From positions 32,912,115 to 32,976,114 of the forward strand of contig NC_043016.1 in NCBI RefSeq assembly GCF_006345805.1: DNA of 64,000 bases, given 5' to 3'. Below are positions 40,263 to 52,502 of this stretch, in pieces (the stretch's first letter is position 1; each line of letters opens with the position of its first letter). The notes under the pieces are model-generated. The model ran no database searches, had not been told where the DNA came from, and was given only the letters and a program-made list of their open reading frames with translations. A program made the translations under genes and the position numbers. Origin of the DNA: Octopus sinensis (Eukaryota).

Positions 40263-43187
40263 TAAGGCAATTAGAAGCATGAAGACAGGGAAAGCCCCAG
40301 GCCCATCAAGAATTACTGCAGAGATGCTCAAAATATCTGGCAGTGTCGGCTATAGCCTAGTCACCCGTATAGTTAACCAGGTGATACACGAAGGAGTCAT
40401 ACCCAATGACTGGTGTAGTAGCATAATAGTCAACTGCTACAACGGTAAAGGTGACGCCCTACATACAAGTAATTACAGAGGTATCAAGCTGTTAGATCAG
40501 GTAACGAAGGTTACGGAAAGGGTCATAGCCCAACTGATTAGGGAGAGAGTCAACCTGGATGAGATACAGTTCGGTTTCATGCCAGGGAAAAGCACCACCA
40601 ATGCCATATTTCTGGTGAGACAGCTGCAGGAGAAATACCTAGCCAAAGATAAAACTCTGTACCTGGCTTTCGTTGACTTGGAGAAAGCCTTTGACAGGGT
40701 GCCCCGATCCCTTATCTGGTGGTCAATGAGGAAACTAGGGATAGATGAATGGTTAGTGAGAGCTGTGCGAGCCATGTACAGGGACGCTGTTAATAAGGTG
40801 AGGGTTGGCAACAAGTACAGTGAAGAATTCCGGGTAGGGGTAGGGGTTCACCAAGGCTCAGTCCTCAGCCCCCTCCTATTTATCATAGTCCTCCAGGCAA
40901 TAACGGAGGAATTCAAGACAGAATGCCCCTGGGAGCTCCTCTATGCTGATGACCTTGCTCTAATTGCTCAGTCACTATCAGAACTGGAGAAGTTTCAGGT
41001 GTGGAAGTAAGGATTAGAATCGAAGGGCCTGTAGTGACGTTATTTTCCAGTGTGCGCACAGGCAACGTCATTCTTCAGTGTGCGTGTGCGGAACGTAATT
41101 CCTCAGTGTGCGTGTGCAGAACGTAATTCTTCAGTGTGCGTGTGCGGAGCTGGAACCTTCTGGAAAGGCCTGAGGAAGTTCCCTCATGCACATGCGCTAG
41201 AGACTGGGGAAGAAAATTCTTTCGCGTTCCTTGTTAGCGTCGTTGACTTGAGAAACGGCTATTGAAGAGAAAGGACGTGTGAAACGTGTGATCAGCCATT
41301 CTCCTGTTCCTGACGCTTGGGATTTGACCTGCTCTGTTGCTGCTAAATTTGTTGTAAGAATCTTACAAATGTTAAAATTCAGCCTTGCTATATTTAACCA
41401 AGTGGATACCAATATACCAACGTGCTTCATTTGTAAATAAGAGAATAAAGAATCATATATATTTTTAAAGTTGCGTTTTGTTCCTGACTGGTAGGTTCTG
41501 GAAACAAGGCTGAATTTTAACAGTTGTAAGATTCTTACAACAAATTCAGCAGCAACAGACCAGGTCAAATCCCAAGCGTCTAGAACAGGAGAATAGCTGA
41601 TCACACGTTTCACACGTCCTTTCTCTTCAATAGCCGTTTCTCAAGTCAACGACGCTAACAAGGAACGCGAAAGAATTTTCTTCCCCAGTCTCTAGCGCAT
41701 GTGCATGAGGGAACTTCCTCGGGCCTTTCCAGAAGGTTCCAGCCCCGCACACGCACACTCAAGAATGACGTTTCGTGTGCGCACACTGGAAAATGACGTC
41801 ACTACATGCCTTAGAGTCAACCTAGCTAAAACCAAAGTCCTAATAAATAGGAAGGTAGACAAATCACAAACGCCTTCAGGTAGATGGCCCTGCTCGATCT
41901 GTAGAAAAGGCGTAGGTAGGAATTCTATAAGATGCACCAAGTGTAAGCTATGGACACATAAGAGGTGCAGCAATGTCAAAGGAAGGCTAACTGGGAAGAT
42001 ACGTTTTGTATATGGCAGATGCTCTGGTGCAATAAACACTGAAAATGCGCAGAGATCATCCTCCGCCACATTCCAGGGAGAAAAACTAGAAATAGTTGAT
42101 AGTTTCCATTACCTAGGTGATCAAGTCAGTAGCAGGGGTGGCTGTGCTGAAAGTGTAATTGCTAGAGTAAGAATAGCCTGGGCAAAGTTCAGAGAGCTCT
42201 TACCTCTGCTGGTAACAAAAGGCCTCTCTCTCAGAGTAAAAGGCAGACTGTATGACGCATGTGTACGAACAGCCATGCTACATGGCAGTGAAACATGGGC
42301 TGTGACTGCTGAGGATATGCATAAGCTTGCAAGAAATGAAGCCAGTATGTTCCAATGGATGTGTAATGTCAGTGTTCATAGCCGACACAGTGTAAGTGCC
42401 TTGAGAGAAAAGTTGGACCTAAGAAGCATCAGACATGGTGTGCAAGAGAGACCTCTACGCTGGTATGGACACGTGGTAAAATTGGATGAAGATAGTTGTG
42501 TGAAAAAGTGCCACACCCTAGCGGTTGAGGGAACCTGTGGAAGTGGTAGACCCAGGAAAACCTGGGACGAGGTGGTGAAGCACGACCTTCGAACTTTAAG
42601 TCTCACCGAGGAAATGACCAGAGACCGACCTTTGGAAGTAGGCTGTGCGTGAGAAGACCGGGCAGGACAAGTGAGACCATAACCCGTGGCCTCTACCTAG
42701 GACGTAGTCAGTCCACCTGTGCATACCTTCCTTCTTGGGACACAAAACTCTACTTGTGAAGACCTGTTGAAGCAAGTGAAAATCGAAATCGATCAACATC
42801 AATGGAATTTGTAGTTGTGATACCAGTGCCGGTGGCATGTAAGAGAACCATCCGAACGTGGCCGTAGCCAGCGCCGTATCGACTGGCCTCTGTGCCCGTG
42901 GCATGTAACAAACACGATCCAATCGTGGCCATTGCCAGCCTCACCTGACCTCCGTGCCGGTGGCACATAAAAAGCACCATCCGAGCGTGGCCGTTCGCCA
43001 GCCTCGTCTGGCACATGTGTCGGTGGCACGTAAAAAGCGCCCACTACACTCACGGAGTGGTTGGTATTAGGAAGGGCATCCAGCTGTAGAAACACTGCCA
43101 GATTTGACTGGCCTGGTGCAGCCTTCGGGCTTCCCAGACCCCAGTTGAACCGTCCAACCCATGCTAGCATGGAAAGCGGACCTAAAC

Positions 43188-43221
<34 letters not shown>
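40263..43221 (+). mobile_element. RTE-clade LINE, copy C (begins mid-ORF2), interrupted by foldback element
   Basis: Reverse complement of copy A 23214-25361; ORFs 40120-41010 and 41699-42652 carry the RT and C-terminal parts; (GAT)n tail. Confidence 0.93.
41030..41806. mobile_element. 777-bp non-coding foldback element made of inverted Gypsy-type LTR 5' ends
   Basis: Ends TGTAGTGACG...CGTCACTACA; arms 41030-41387 and 41505-41806; flanks GGCC/TGCC; empty site in copy B is aagGGCCttagag. Confidence 0.85.
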
Positions 43222-45645
43222 TAGTATATATAGATTTATTATTTTATTCAATTATACAGTTGATCAAAATATCAATTAATATTAAACTAATTTACTTAAT
43301 TGTAATATTATGTAATAAATAGACCACCTAACTTTTAAATAATATATTGTCTTACAAAACTAATTCTCGAATTAAATTATATAATTCGTTAAATCACATT
43401 ATAAAATTAATAATAATCATAAAACATAATAAATAAATAGATATACATATCGTAACTATATATAAATTAATATTTTAGCTACAATAATAATCATAATAAT
43501 AATCAAACTTAATACAATTCAAAAGTTAAATAATATTGTTAAATAAAAAACATTACTTAGCGTTTATAAGAAATTAAACTCGTGAAGACGTGTAAAAAAT
43601 ATAATAATATTATCAATGAAAATGATGAAAAATATTTATTAATGAAAAATTAATTTAAGCTTCATGAATGAAAGAAAAATAGAATAACAAAAGAACTATA
43701 AATGACTATTTACTATAAATTAATTACCAAATAATTATTACATAAAATATACATATAATATTAAATTAATTTATATTACTATAATTAATAGGTCTTAATA
43801 AAATTATAAATAATCATTTATGTATTAGGAAATATCTAAGTTTAAAATTATTCAAATATATTAATATAACACATAATAATATAGTAAATTATACACTAAT
43901 ACTACTAAATTATATCTACAATAAATAACATAAAAAGAAATAAGGTTTTATACATACGGAAAAATAAGCTAAACGTATCATATAGATAAATAAATTTATG
44001 TTAGCATTTAATTTTAAATGACTTTTTACTATAAATTTAAAGTTCAAATAATAAATAAGTAAAATATATATATCATATTTAAATTAATATATATTACTAT
44101 AATTAATATATCTTAATCAATTTATATAATCATTTATTAGCTAAACCTATTATATAGGTAATTTAATTGATGTTTACATTTAATTTTACGTTCCTCTAAT
44201 GAGTTTACTAACACATAGTTGTTATTAAATAATATTTCTTTTAATTCATTATTACACAATGAACAATAATTACTCCATATAGAATATGATTTAGCCCTAC
44301 AAATAATCTCCCAAGTTAATTCATATTTAATAGATCTAGATCTAAGGTCTCAAATATATTTACTGAGACCTGTTGAATTTATTAGATTTTTATTCCTAAA
44401 AGAATACATATGTTGTGCTACTCTAGATTTAATTTTATTCAAAGTGGACCCTATATAAATAGTGTTTAAATTATGATAATTCAAATTCTTATCATCTATT
44501 AAAGTTACCATACACTTATAGACTACATTATCTAAATTACAATTATTAAATTTACATGTAGTTTTATCCCTACATGTACAATAAATTATATCTTGGTCTT
44601 TATTATTATTATTGGAATCAATGTTTAATATATCTTTGTAGAATTTATTTAATTTAAATGTATTAAATGAAGAAATATTACCAACATTAGTAGTAGTTGA
44701 ATACCCAACTCCAAAATTATTAGTAGAAAAAATGTTATATTTTTTATTATCCATAATGAATATTTCAATTATATTTAAAATCCTTTTAATAAGATTTACT
44801 TTAAACTGAACCCCAAAAGGAACGATTAACCATATTTTATTTTTATATTATTATTATTATATTTTTTGTAATATTAAATTTATTATCTTCATTAATTGAA
44901 TTTAATTTTATCTTATTTTTATTTTTCATTCCAATATTAAATGTATTATTTACATCATCAAAATACCTATTATTATTAGGATGATAGATACCTAAATAAA
45001 ATTTATCATAATTCAGATAATTAGGTTTATCATTATAAAAATCATTTATATTATACTCCTTCAAATTATAATTATGTTTACAAGTATTAAAGAATTTAAT
45101 ATTATTATTATATCCTGCATCATGCAGGGCTTTATTATAACAAGGTGCATGTTTATTAAAAATCTCTAAATCATAAGCAAGTAATGATATTCTTTTACCT
45201 ACATTATTTATCAACGATTCTTTAACAGAAGGTGGATGATTACTATAAGAATGAATATATTTCAGATTTTCGTTAATTTTATGGAATGGTTGGGTTTCAC
45301 AACATTATTAAATAAAATTAACATCTAAATAATTAACATTATAGTTCTCATTATAAATAGTAATACTTAAACCATATCTTTTAAAGAAATTATCAAGTTT
45401 CTTTTTATATAATTCTAATTTTCTATTTGTACAATCCCTAGTAAGTAATAAAAGGTCATCCCTATATAGACCACCCTCCTACTTAAATTTTTCTAATTGA
45501 AGTTCTGATAAAAAAAATACCTACTAAATCAGTAGCCTGTGCAGAATCTGGTGCCCCCATAGGTATATCAAAATAGTCTCTAGTATCCTTCCTAGCCCAT
45601 AATTTATTATTATATCTAATTAAAGATTTCCTAGCCAGCAACTGA
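43222..45645 (-). mobile_element. Penelope-like element 3, right-arm copy
   Basis: Mirror of 20769-23213; ORFs 45483-45665, 44843-45214 and 44350-44754. Confidence 0.85.
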
Positions 45646-46420
45646 GCAAGAGTTTTTTTGTACATGGCACAAAAGATTGTGCAGCAGCTGACCTGGCAAC
45701 TTCAAGCACAAACAAGGAACCTTGTCCACCACAGTCAACAGACACGGGATGGCCTCCCCTAACGCCTGTACAGTCATCACACAAATACTTTTACTATATA
45801 TTGGGGCCTTTTGCATTACAATAAAAGCAAAATTTCTTTCCTGAGAGATCTTACTGCATGCAATCAAGCCCTATGCATAGCACTCATGGAAACTCACCTC
45901 AGCCTTGATATAGAGGATGCAGAAGTACACATACCAAAATATGCCAGACTATGAACAGACAGAAGGGAAAGGAGCCATAGTGGAGTTGCTGTATACATCC
46001 ATGTCGACCTCACACTGCAGGTCTTACTGTCATACTCAAATTCAGTATGTGACACTCTAATTGTATACATAAGACAACATAATATAGTCATATGCAATAC
46101 ATATTGACCACCAGATGCTCCAAACCAAGTTTGAAGATTGCTTCACAAGAATTAAAGAAATCCTCATGAATCTGGATCACCACATGACCATATTTCTTAT
46201 GGGTGATTTCAACTTACACAACATCAAATGGCCCAAATGTCACATACTCTAAGGATTGACTCATTGCAAGCAAGCACAGGTGGAGTCCATGCTCAACCTC
46301 ACCAATGCCCTATTCATGGAGCAAGCAGTACTCAGACCAATTAGGGTAAATAACATTCTGGATCTCTGCTTCATGAACAATATGGACATCATTCATGATG
46401 AGAAAGTGACGCCGACATTA
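45646..46420 (+). mobile_element. CR1-like endonuclease fragment, right-arm copy
   Basis: Mirror of 19985-20768. Confidence 0.75.
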
Positions 46421-46487
46421 TATACATACATATATATACACATATATATATAAATATATGTATATACATACATACACAGACACACAC

Positions 46488-46522
<35 letters not shown>

Positions 46523-47498
46523 CATACACACACACATACATATATACATATATACACATACATACATATAAACATATACATACATACAGATAAGTATATA
46601 TATATATATATATACACACATATATGCACACACATATACACACACATGTATACACACAGATGTATACAGGGAGTGAGAGTGAGAGAAAATACAGAGAATA
46701 ATGAGGCATTGTAAACAATTTAATTAGCTACATGGGTTTCAAATAGACTAGCACGACAAACTGATGCAAACATATACACAGAGACACACACATATGTATA
46801 TATATGCAAGTCAATGAGTTTTCGCATTTGTGCATATATACATATATACTTGAGATAGTTGTACATGAAATGGTAGGGATTGTGAAGGTTGGTGTTTACC
46901 ACAGCAACTGTGTCTCATTCCTGTTTATATAGTCTTTTATTTTTAGTGTTTTCGTGTAATTAAGAATTTGGTTTATTGATGAAATGCTAGAAATATGCAG
47001 TGATTTGTATTTTTATTTTTTTTGTAATTTATTGAGAGCTGCTGAAAAGATTGTAGGCCTAAACAAGAATGTATTGTTTATGCAACTCATTTGTTCTTTT
47101 GTTTCTGTGGTAATGCAATATCCATGGGTATTTTAGTTGTTTGCTTTCTTTACTTACTATGTAGAGATGCTCAGATCAATTTATCCATTACTTTTAGGAC
47201 GCTAAGTTAAATTTGAAGAATATTCGGTACCTACTGAGTGACTACAGAGAAGCTTCTTCAATGGCTTCAGAAACTGAATGCCTGCTTAATATTCTGAACA
47301 AAATTCCTATTGTATATGTTTTGAGTATATATTGATGTATTTTTAATTACTGATTGAATAAATCTCAAATATAAATATACTACAGGTATGCCGGTGTACT
47401 AATGTTCAGCTGATGAGAACCAAAAATGTTAGAAGGAAACCAAAAATGAATACAAATGTGATGTTGAAACCAAAGAATATATTTAACCCTGATTTAAA

Positions 47499-48527
47499 TT
47501 ACACATACAACCCACGGTAAACTATTCTGTCAACTTGATCCATTTTACATTTCATTGAGTCATCTATAAACCAATGTCCAAATTTTTTGGCTCGTTTTAA
47601 CTTTTTTGCATTTCCAACTACCCAGTTATTGTTAATAATAACAACATGTTTCTTCTGACGATCTTCTAATTTCATTTCATACCATTTTCCATCAATATAT
47701 CTGTCCCATGGAAGAACTTCATATTTTATTCCACCAAATCTATTCCGAATAAGTCCCGTAAAGAATACCTGGTCATTTTTACTTCGAGATATAAGTTTAT
47801 TATCATCTTTTCCATCAATTTCTTTGCCAAGACGTCTCATCTTTGAATTCAGTTCTTGCCAGAGAGTTTTCACAGCGTTTGTAGGCTTCATATATATGAA
47901 ACCTCCAGCAATAGATCTTTTTCTGCCAGCAATACATGTAACTATCATATCATTTTCCAATGCTATTTTTTTGCATTCATCAATAGGATTAGAAACCCAA
48001 AGACAGTCAACTTCAAATAAAAGAATTTCAATATCATTCTGCAATAAAGAATTTAAAATTTCTGTACGTTTCACCATTAGTTTTACATAACCAACTTTAC
48101 TATAAGTTTGATTACCATTTAGTGAAGTCTCGGGCAACACAACAACTTTGACATTAGGCCAATCCTTCTCAAATTGTTGTTTTGATATAGCATCTGTAGT
48201 AATAAAGAGAATTTGCTCATGGATACCCATATTAATAGTGTTACACAACCAACTATAGACAAAAGGTAAATAAGCATTGTTAATAAGAGTAAATAAAACT
48301 AAATTATGTTTTTTCATAATATCTTTAGCAATTTCAACTGACTGGCTGATTACACCTTGAAGATTTTGAGAATAGCTCTTTTGTTCACTTTTTAAAATTT
48401 CAGATTTCAATTCATTTTTCTGGAGCATTTTCATCCCAATGAACACAAGTGTGCAAGCAAATATAGAAAAGTAAAATAATAAACATAAATAACGTTTTAG
48501 ACGAAGCATTTTCACAGATATTGGCAT
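47499..48527 (-). CDS. Nucleotide-diphospho-sugar transferase (PF03407 / GT77-like), type II membrane protein, copy R
   Basis: Intact 342-aa ORF, colinear with copy L without indels; 310/342 identical residues by manual alignment. Confidence 0.88.
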   Translation of the reverse strand: MPISVKMLRLKRYLCLLFYFSIFACTLVFIGMKMLQKNELKSEILKSEQKSYSQNLQGVISQSVEIAKDIMKKHNLVLFTLINNAYLPFVYSWLCNTINMGIHEQILFITTDAISKQQFEKDWPNVKVVVLPETSLNGNQTYSKVGYVKLMVKRTEILNSLLQNDIEILLFEVDCLWVSNPIDECKKIALENDMIVTCIAGRKRSIAGGFIYMKPTNAVKTLWQELNSKMRRLGKEIDGKDDNKLISRSKNDQVFFTGLIRNRFGGIKYEVLPWDRYIDGKWYEMKLEDRQKKHVVIINNNWVVGNAKKLKRAKKFGHWFIDDSMKCKMDQVDRIVYRGLYV

Positions 48528-51021
48528 TCCTGTGTAACTTGACAGTGATATGTCCAGAAAACTTTGATGTTATATCACACTGCAAAAAAAAAGAAAAGAA
48601 AAGATAATATATAATATATATGTATATAAAGACAATAACAATAACATGAAGAAGGTGCATGGCTCAGTAGTTAGGGCATCAGGCTCGCAATTATGAGGTA
48701 GTGAGTTCGATTCCTGGACTGGGCCGTGTGTTGTACTCTTAAGCAAGACACTTTATTTCATGTTGCTCCAGTTCACTCAACTGCGGAAATGAGTTGCAAT
48801 ATCACTGGTACCAAGCTGTATCAGCCTTTGCCTTTCCCTTGGATAACATCAGTTAATATAAAAAATAGTTTCAGTCATTAGACTTTAGCCATGTTGGAAC
48901 ACCACTTTGAATTTTTTTGTTGAATGAATCAACCCCAGTACTTCTTTTTAAGCCTGGTGGTTATTATATTAGACTCTTTTGCCGAACTGCTAAGCTGTTG
49001 TCAAGTAGTGAGGGGTGGGAGAGGGGAAAGACAGACAGAAAGATACACACACACACACATGCATCCACTGACAAGGCTTTGGTTGGTCTGAGGTTATAGT
49101 AGAAAATGCTTGCCCAAGGTACCATGTAGTGGGACAACCTGGAACCATGTGTTGAGGAGCAAGCTTCTTACCACACAGTCCCTTTCTTTTATATTCACTT
49201 ATCACTTATGATTTTTTAGGCATTTACCTTTGATACTGCAGCATTTCAGTTCACTTCATCCAGGTTAAAAAAAGTTATATAAGAAAGTCAATCTTTGGAT
49301 TACTATCACATCTAAGGGCCCTAAGACAGTTATGTAGCAGAATTTTATATGCTAAAAAAAAGATTTTAATAAAAGATGTATCATTCTCCATTCTTTATTC
49401 TGTATTTCTTATACACCCTGAATTTTATAAGAATCTTTTGAAGCAAATTCAGGATTTACCAATTCAAAGAAGCCCCAAAACAATTGTTTATTCTAAACGA
49501 TTCCAAATGTTTCCTAATATTTGATGTGGCTAGCCAAGTCTAGATTTTTAACAGTGTTAGTAAAGTATCTACCTGGATTTAAAATCCCTATTCCTTTGTG
49601 GTACACACACATATTGATGGGTTACATGGTTTGACTGAAACTGGTAAGCTGGAGAGCTGCATCAGATTCCAGTCTAATTTAAGAAGAGCTGGATGCCCTT
49701 CCTAATGCCAACCACCCCAAGAGGGCAATGGGTGCTTTTATGTGCCACCAGCATGAGTACCATTTACATGGCACCAGTAATGACTATAATTTCACAGGTG
49801 TGTGTGTGTGTGCATATGTGTGATGTATGTATGTATAGGTAATGACACCCTTCAGTCATGAGTGACCATGGGATTACACCTAGAAGTTCCCCTCTGAGGC
49901 ACAAGTCCAGGCAAGGTTGTTTATGAAAGACCAGCCATGCATACCAGCCTCCCCTCTTCATGCCACCAATGTTATCCAAGGCAAAGGCCAACAGCTTGGT
50001 ACCAGTGACATCGCAACTCATTTCTACAGCTGAGTGAACTGGAGCAACATGAAATAAAGTGTCTTGCTCAAGAACACAACACGCAGCCCGGTCCGGGAAT
50101 CAAACTCATTACCTCATGATTGTGAGCCTGACACTCTAACCACTGAGCATTACACCTTATCTGTTTAGTTTAGCTTGGGCAAAAGCCTCATTATGCCTTC
50201 TTAAAAGCTCCTGTGCTTCTTAATGTCAGCTGCCACATGTTAATTCCATCTCCCAGGGTAATCTAATAGTATGGGCATACATTTGGAACTCCTTTCTGCT
50301 TAGGATAAATACTACAATAATAACATGCAGATTGAAATTCAAAGGCTTTGTTAATTAAGCTTGATTAATAAAGTTTAATAAAACCTATTAATTACCATCC
50401 CCTGTTATTATTGTTGTGTGTGTGTGTGTGTGCTATGCAATTGGACTGAGCATAAAAACAGAGCAATGTGCAGAGGAATCATACACACACATACATCCCA
50501 TATATAGCATCATTCAAAAGCTAAAATGATGCAAAGCACATTGTAACCAGTGATATATAACAATATCCAATGATCTGGTTGGTCAAATTATTTATATATA
50601 TATATATCATCATTTAACGTCTACCTTCCATGCTGGCATGGGTGGGACGGTTTGACAAGAGCCAGCCAGGCAGAAGCCTGCACCAGACTTCTGTGACTGT
50701 TTTGGCAGGATTTTTACAGATGGATACCTTTCATAACACCAACCACTAAGCAGAGTGGACTCTTATATGTGGCAGAGCTTTTTACATGGCACAAGCACAG
50801 GTGAGGTCAGTTTTGGCAAGGCTTTTACAGTTGGACGCCCTACCAAACACTAACCACTTTACAGTGTGAACTGGGGTACTTTTAAATGGCACCTGCACTG
50901 ACAGGGTCGCCAAGTACTTGCTAGACAAAAAAAAATTTCAAGACAGGAGTCATTGGAGGAGGAGGACAGATAGAAGTGTCTTGCTGCAGAGGAATACAAG
51001 GTTACCCATCCAGAGAAAGAG

Positions 51022-51152
<131 letters not shown>

Positions 51153-52457
51153 TCAGGAATGAAGACAGAAACAGGTGAGCTACTGCAAAGGAAATACACA
51201 GTTACTCAACCTGAGTGTGTTTGTGTGCGTATGAGTATCTACCTCTGCATGAGTATATATACGTATGTACGTATCTATGTGTACATATTCTTCTGTATGT
51301 ATATTCGTCTTTTCCTACTTGTATCCCTTTCCCAGTGTCGAAACACACTAGGATCATAAATTAGGTCAGCCCACAACATACATCATTAACATCCTCATCC
51401 TTCGATGCCATACAATTGTTTAGTTATCTATTTAATAGATCTTTTCACTTCAAGTTGTCACAGACTAATGCAGCTGTGTGATCAAATGCATCATCTTCCA
51501 TTGGACAAATTTTGGTAACAATGGTTCTGCCTGTACTGGCTGACACACTGGCAGCATATGATGGATAAACCATTTTGCTATATGCAGCACTGCCCACTGT
51601 ACTACCTCTCCTTCTTCTTTTCTGTTCTTTTTCTTCTTCCTTGCCTTTGGATTCTTCCCCTCCTTCTACTTCTCTTTCACCTTCTTCCATTCCTTTTCTT
51701 ACTCATATCTTTATATGTATCCACCCTCTTGATTCCTCTCCACCACCAGCACATAATATCTTCCCCACAAACTCATTCTACACACACACTTTTAATTTTT
51801 TCTTTTTTATTTTCTCTTGGTACTTTCCTAACAAGCTCTGATAGATGCACAATGTAATAGCACACCTTTGATGCAAGTCTGAGGAAGTGCCTCTCCAATG
51901 CCTAAAACTGCAAATACTATGCAATTTTTATTTTAAATTTTTTATACAAACTGGTGTTGCAAATGGAGATAGTAGGGAAACATTTGTAACTTATAATTAA
52001 AGATGTGTTAAGAATTTTCTTTGTCTTCTTTTCATTGGTGTATATGTATATATATATACACTTTACTCTCTCTTTTACTTGTTTCAGTCATTTGACTGTG
52101 GCCATGCTGGAGCACGCCTTTAGTCAAGCATATCAGCCCCAGGACTTATTCTTTGTAAGCCTAGTACTTATTCTATTGTTATCTTTTGCCGAACCGCTAA
52201 GCTACGGGGATGTAAACACACCAGCATCGGTTGTCAAGTGATGTTGGGGGCAAAAACACAGACACACATACATACATATATATATACGATGGGCTTCTTT
52301 CAGTTTCCGTTTACCAAATTCACTCACAAGGCTTTGGTAGAAGACAATTGCCTAAGGTGCCACGCAGTGGGCCTGAACCCAGAACCATGTGGTTAGTAAG
52401 CAAGCTACTTATCACATAGCCATTCCTATGCCTGCTTACCACACAGCCACTCCTATG

Positions 52458-52502
<45 letters not shown>

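Noticed and set aside
40120-41010. Novel chimeric 296-aa protein
   Set aside because: Chance in-frame join of antisense CR1 sequence to a truncated RTE RT ending at a premature stop. The ORFs at 28439-29083 and 41699-42652 are similar junction products.
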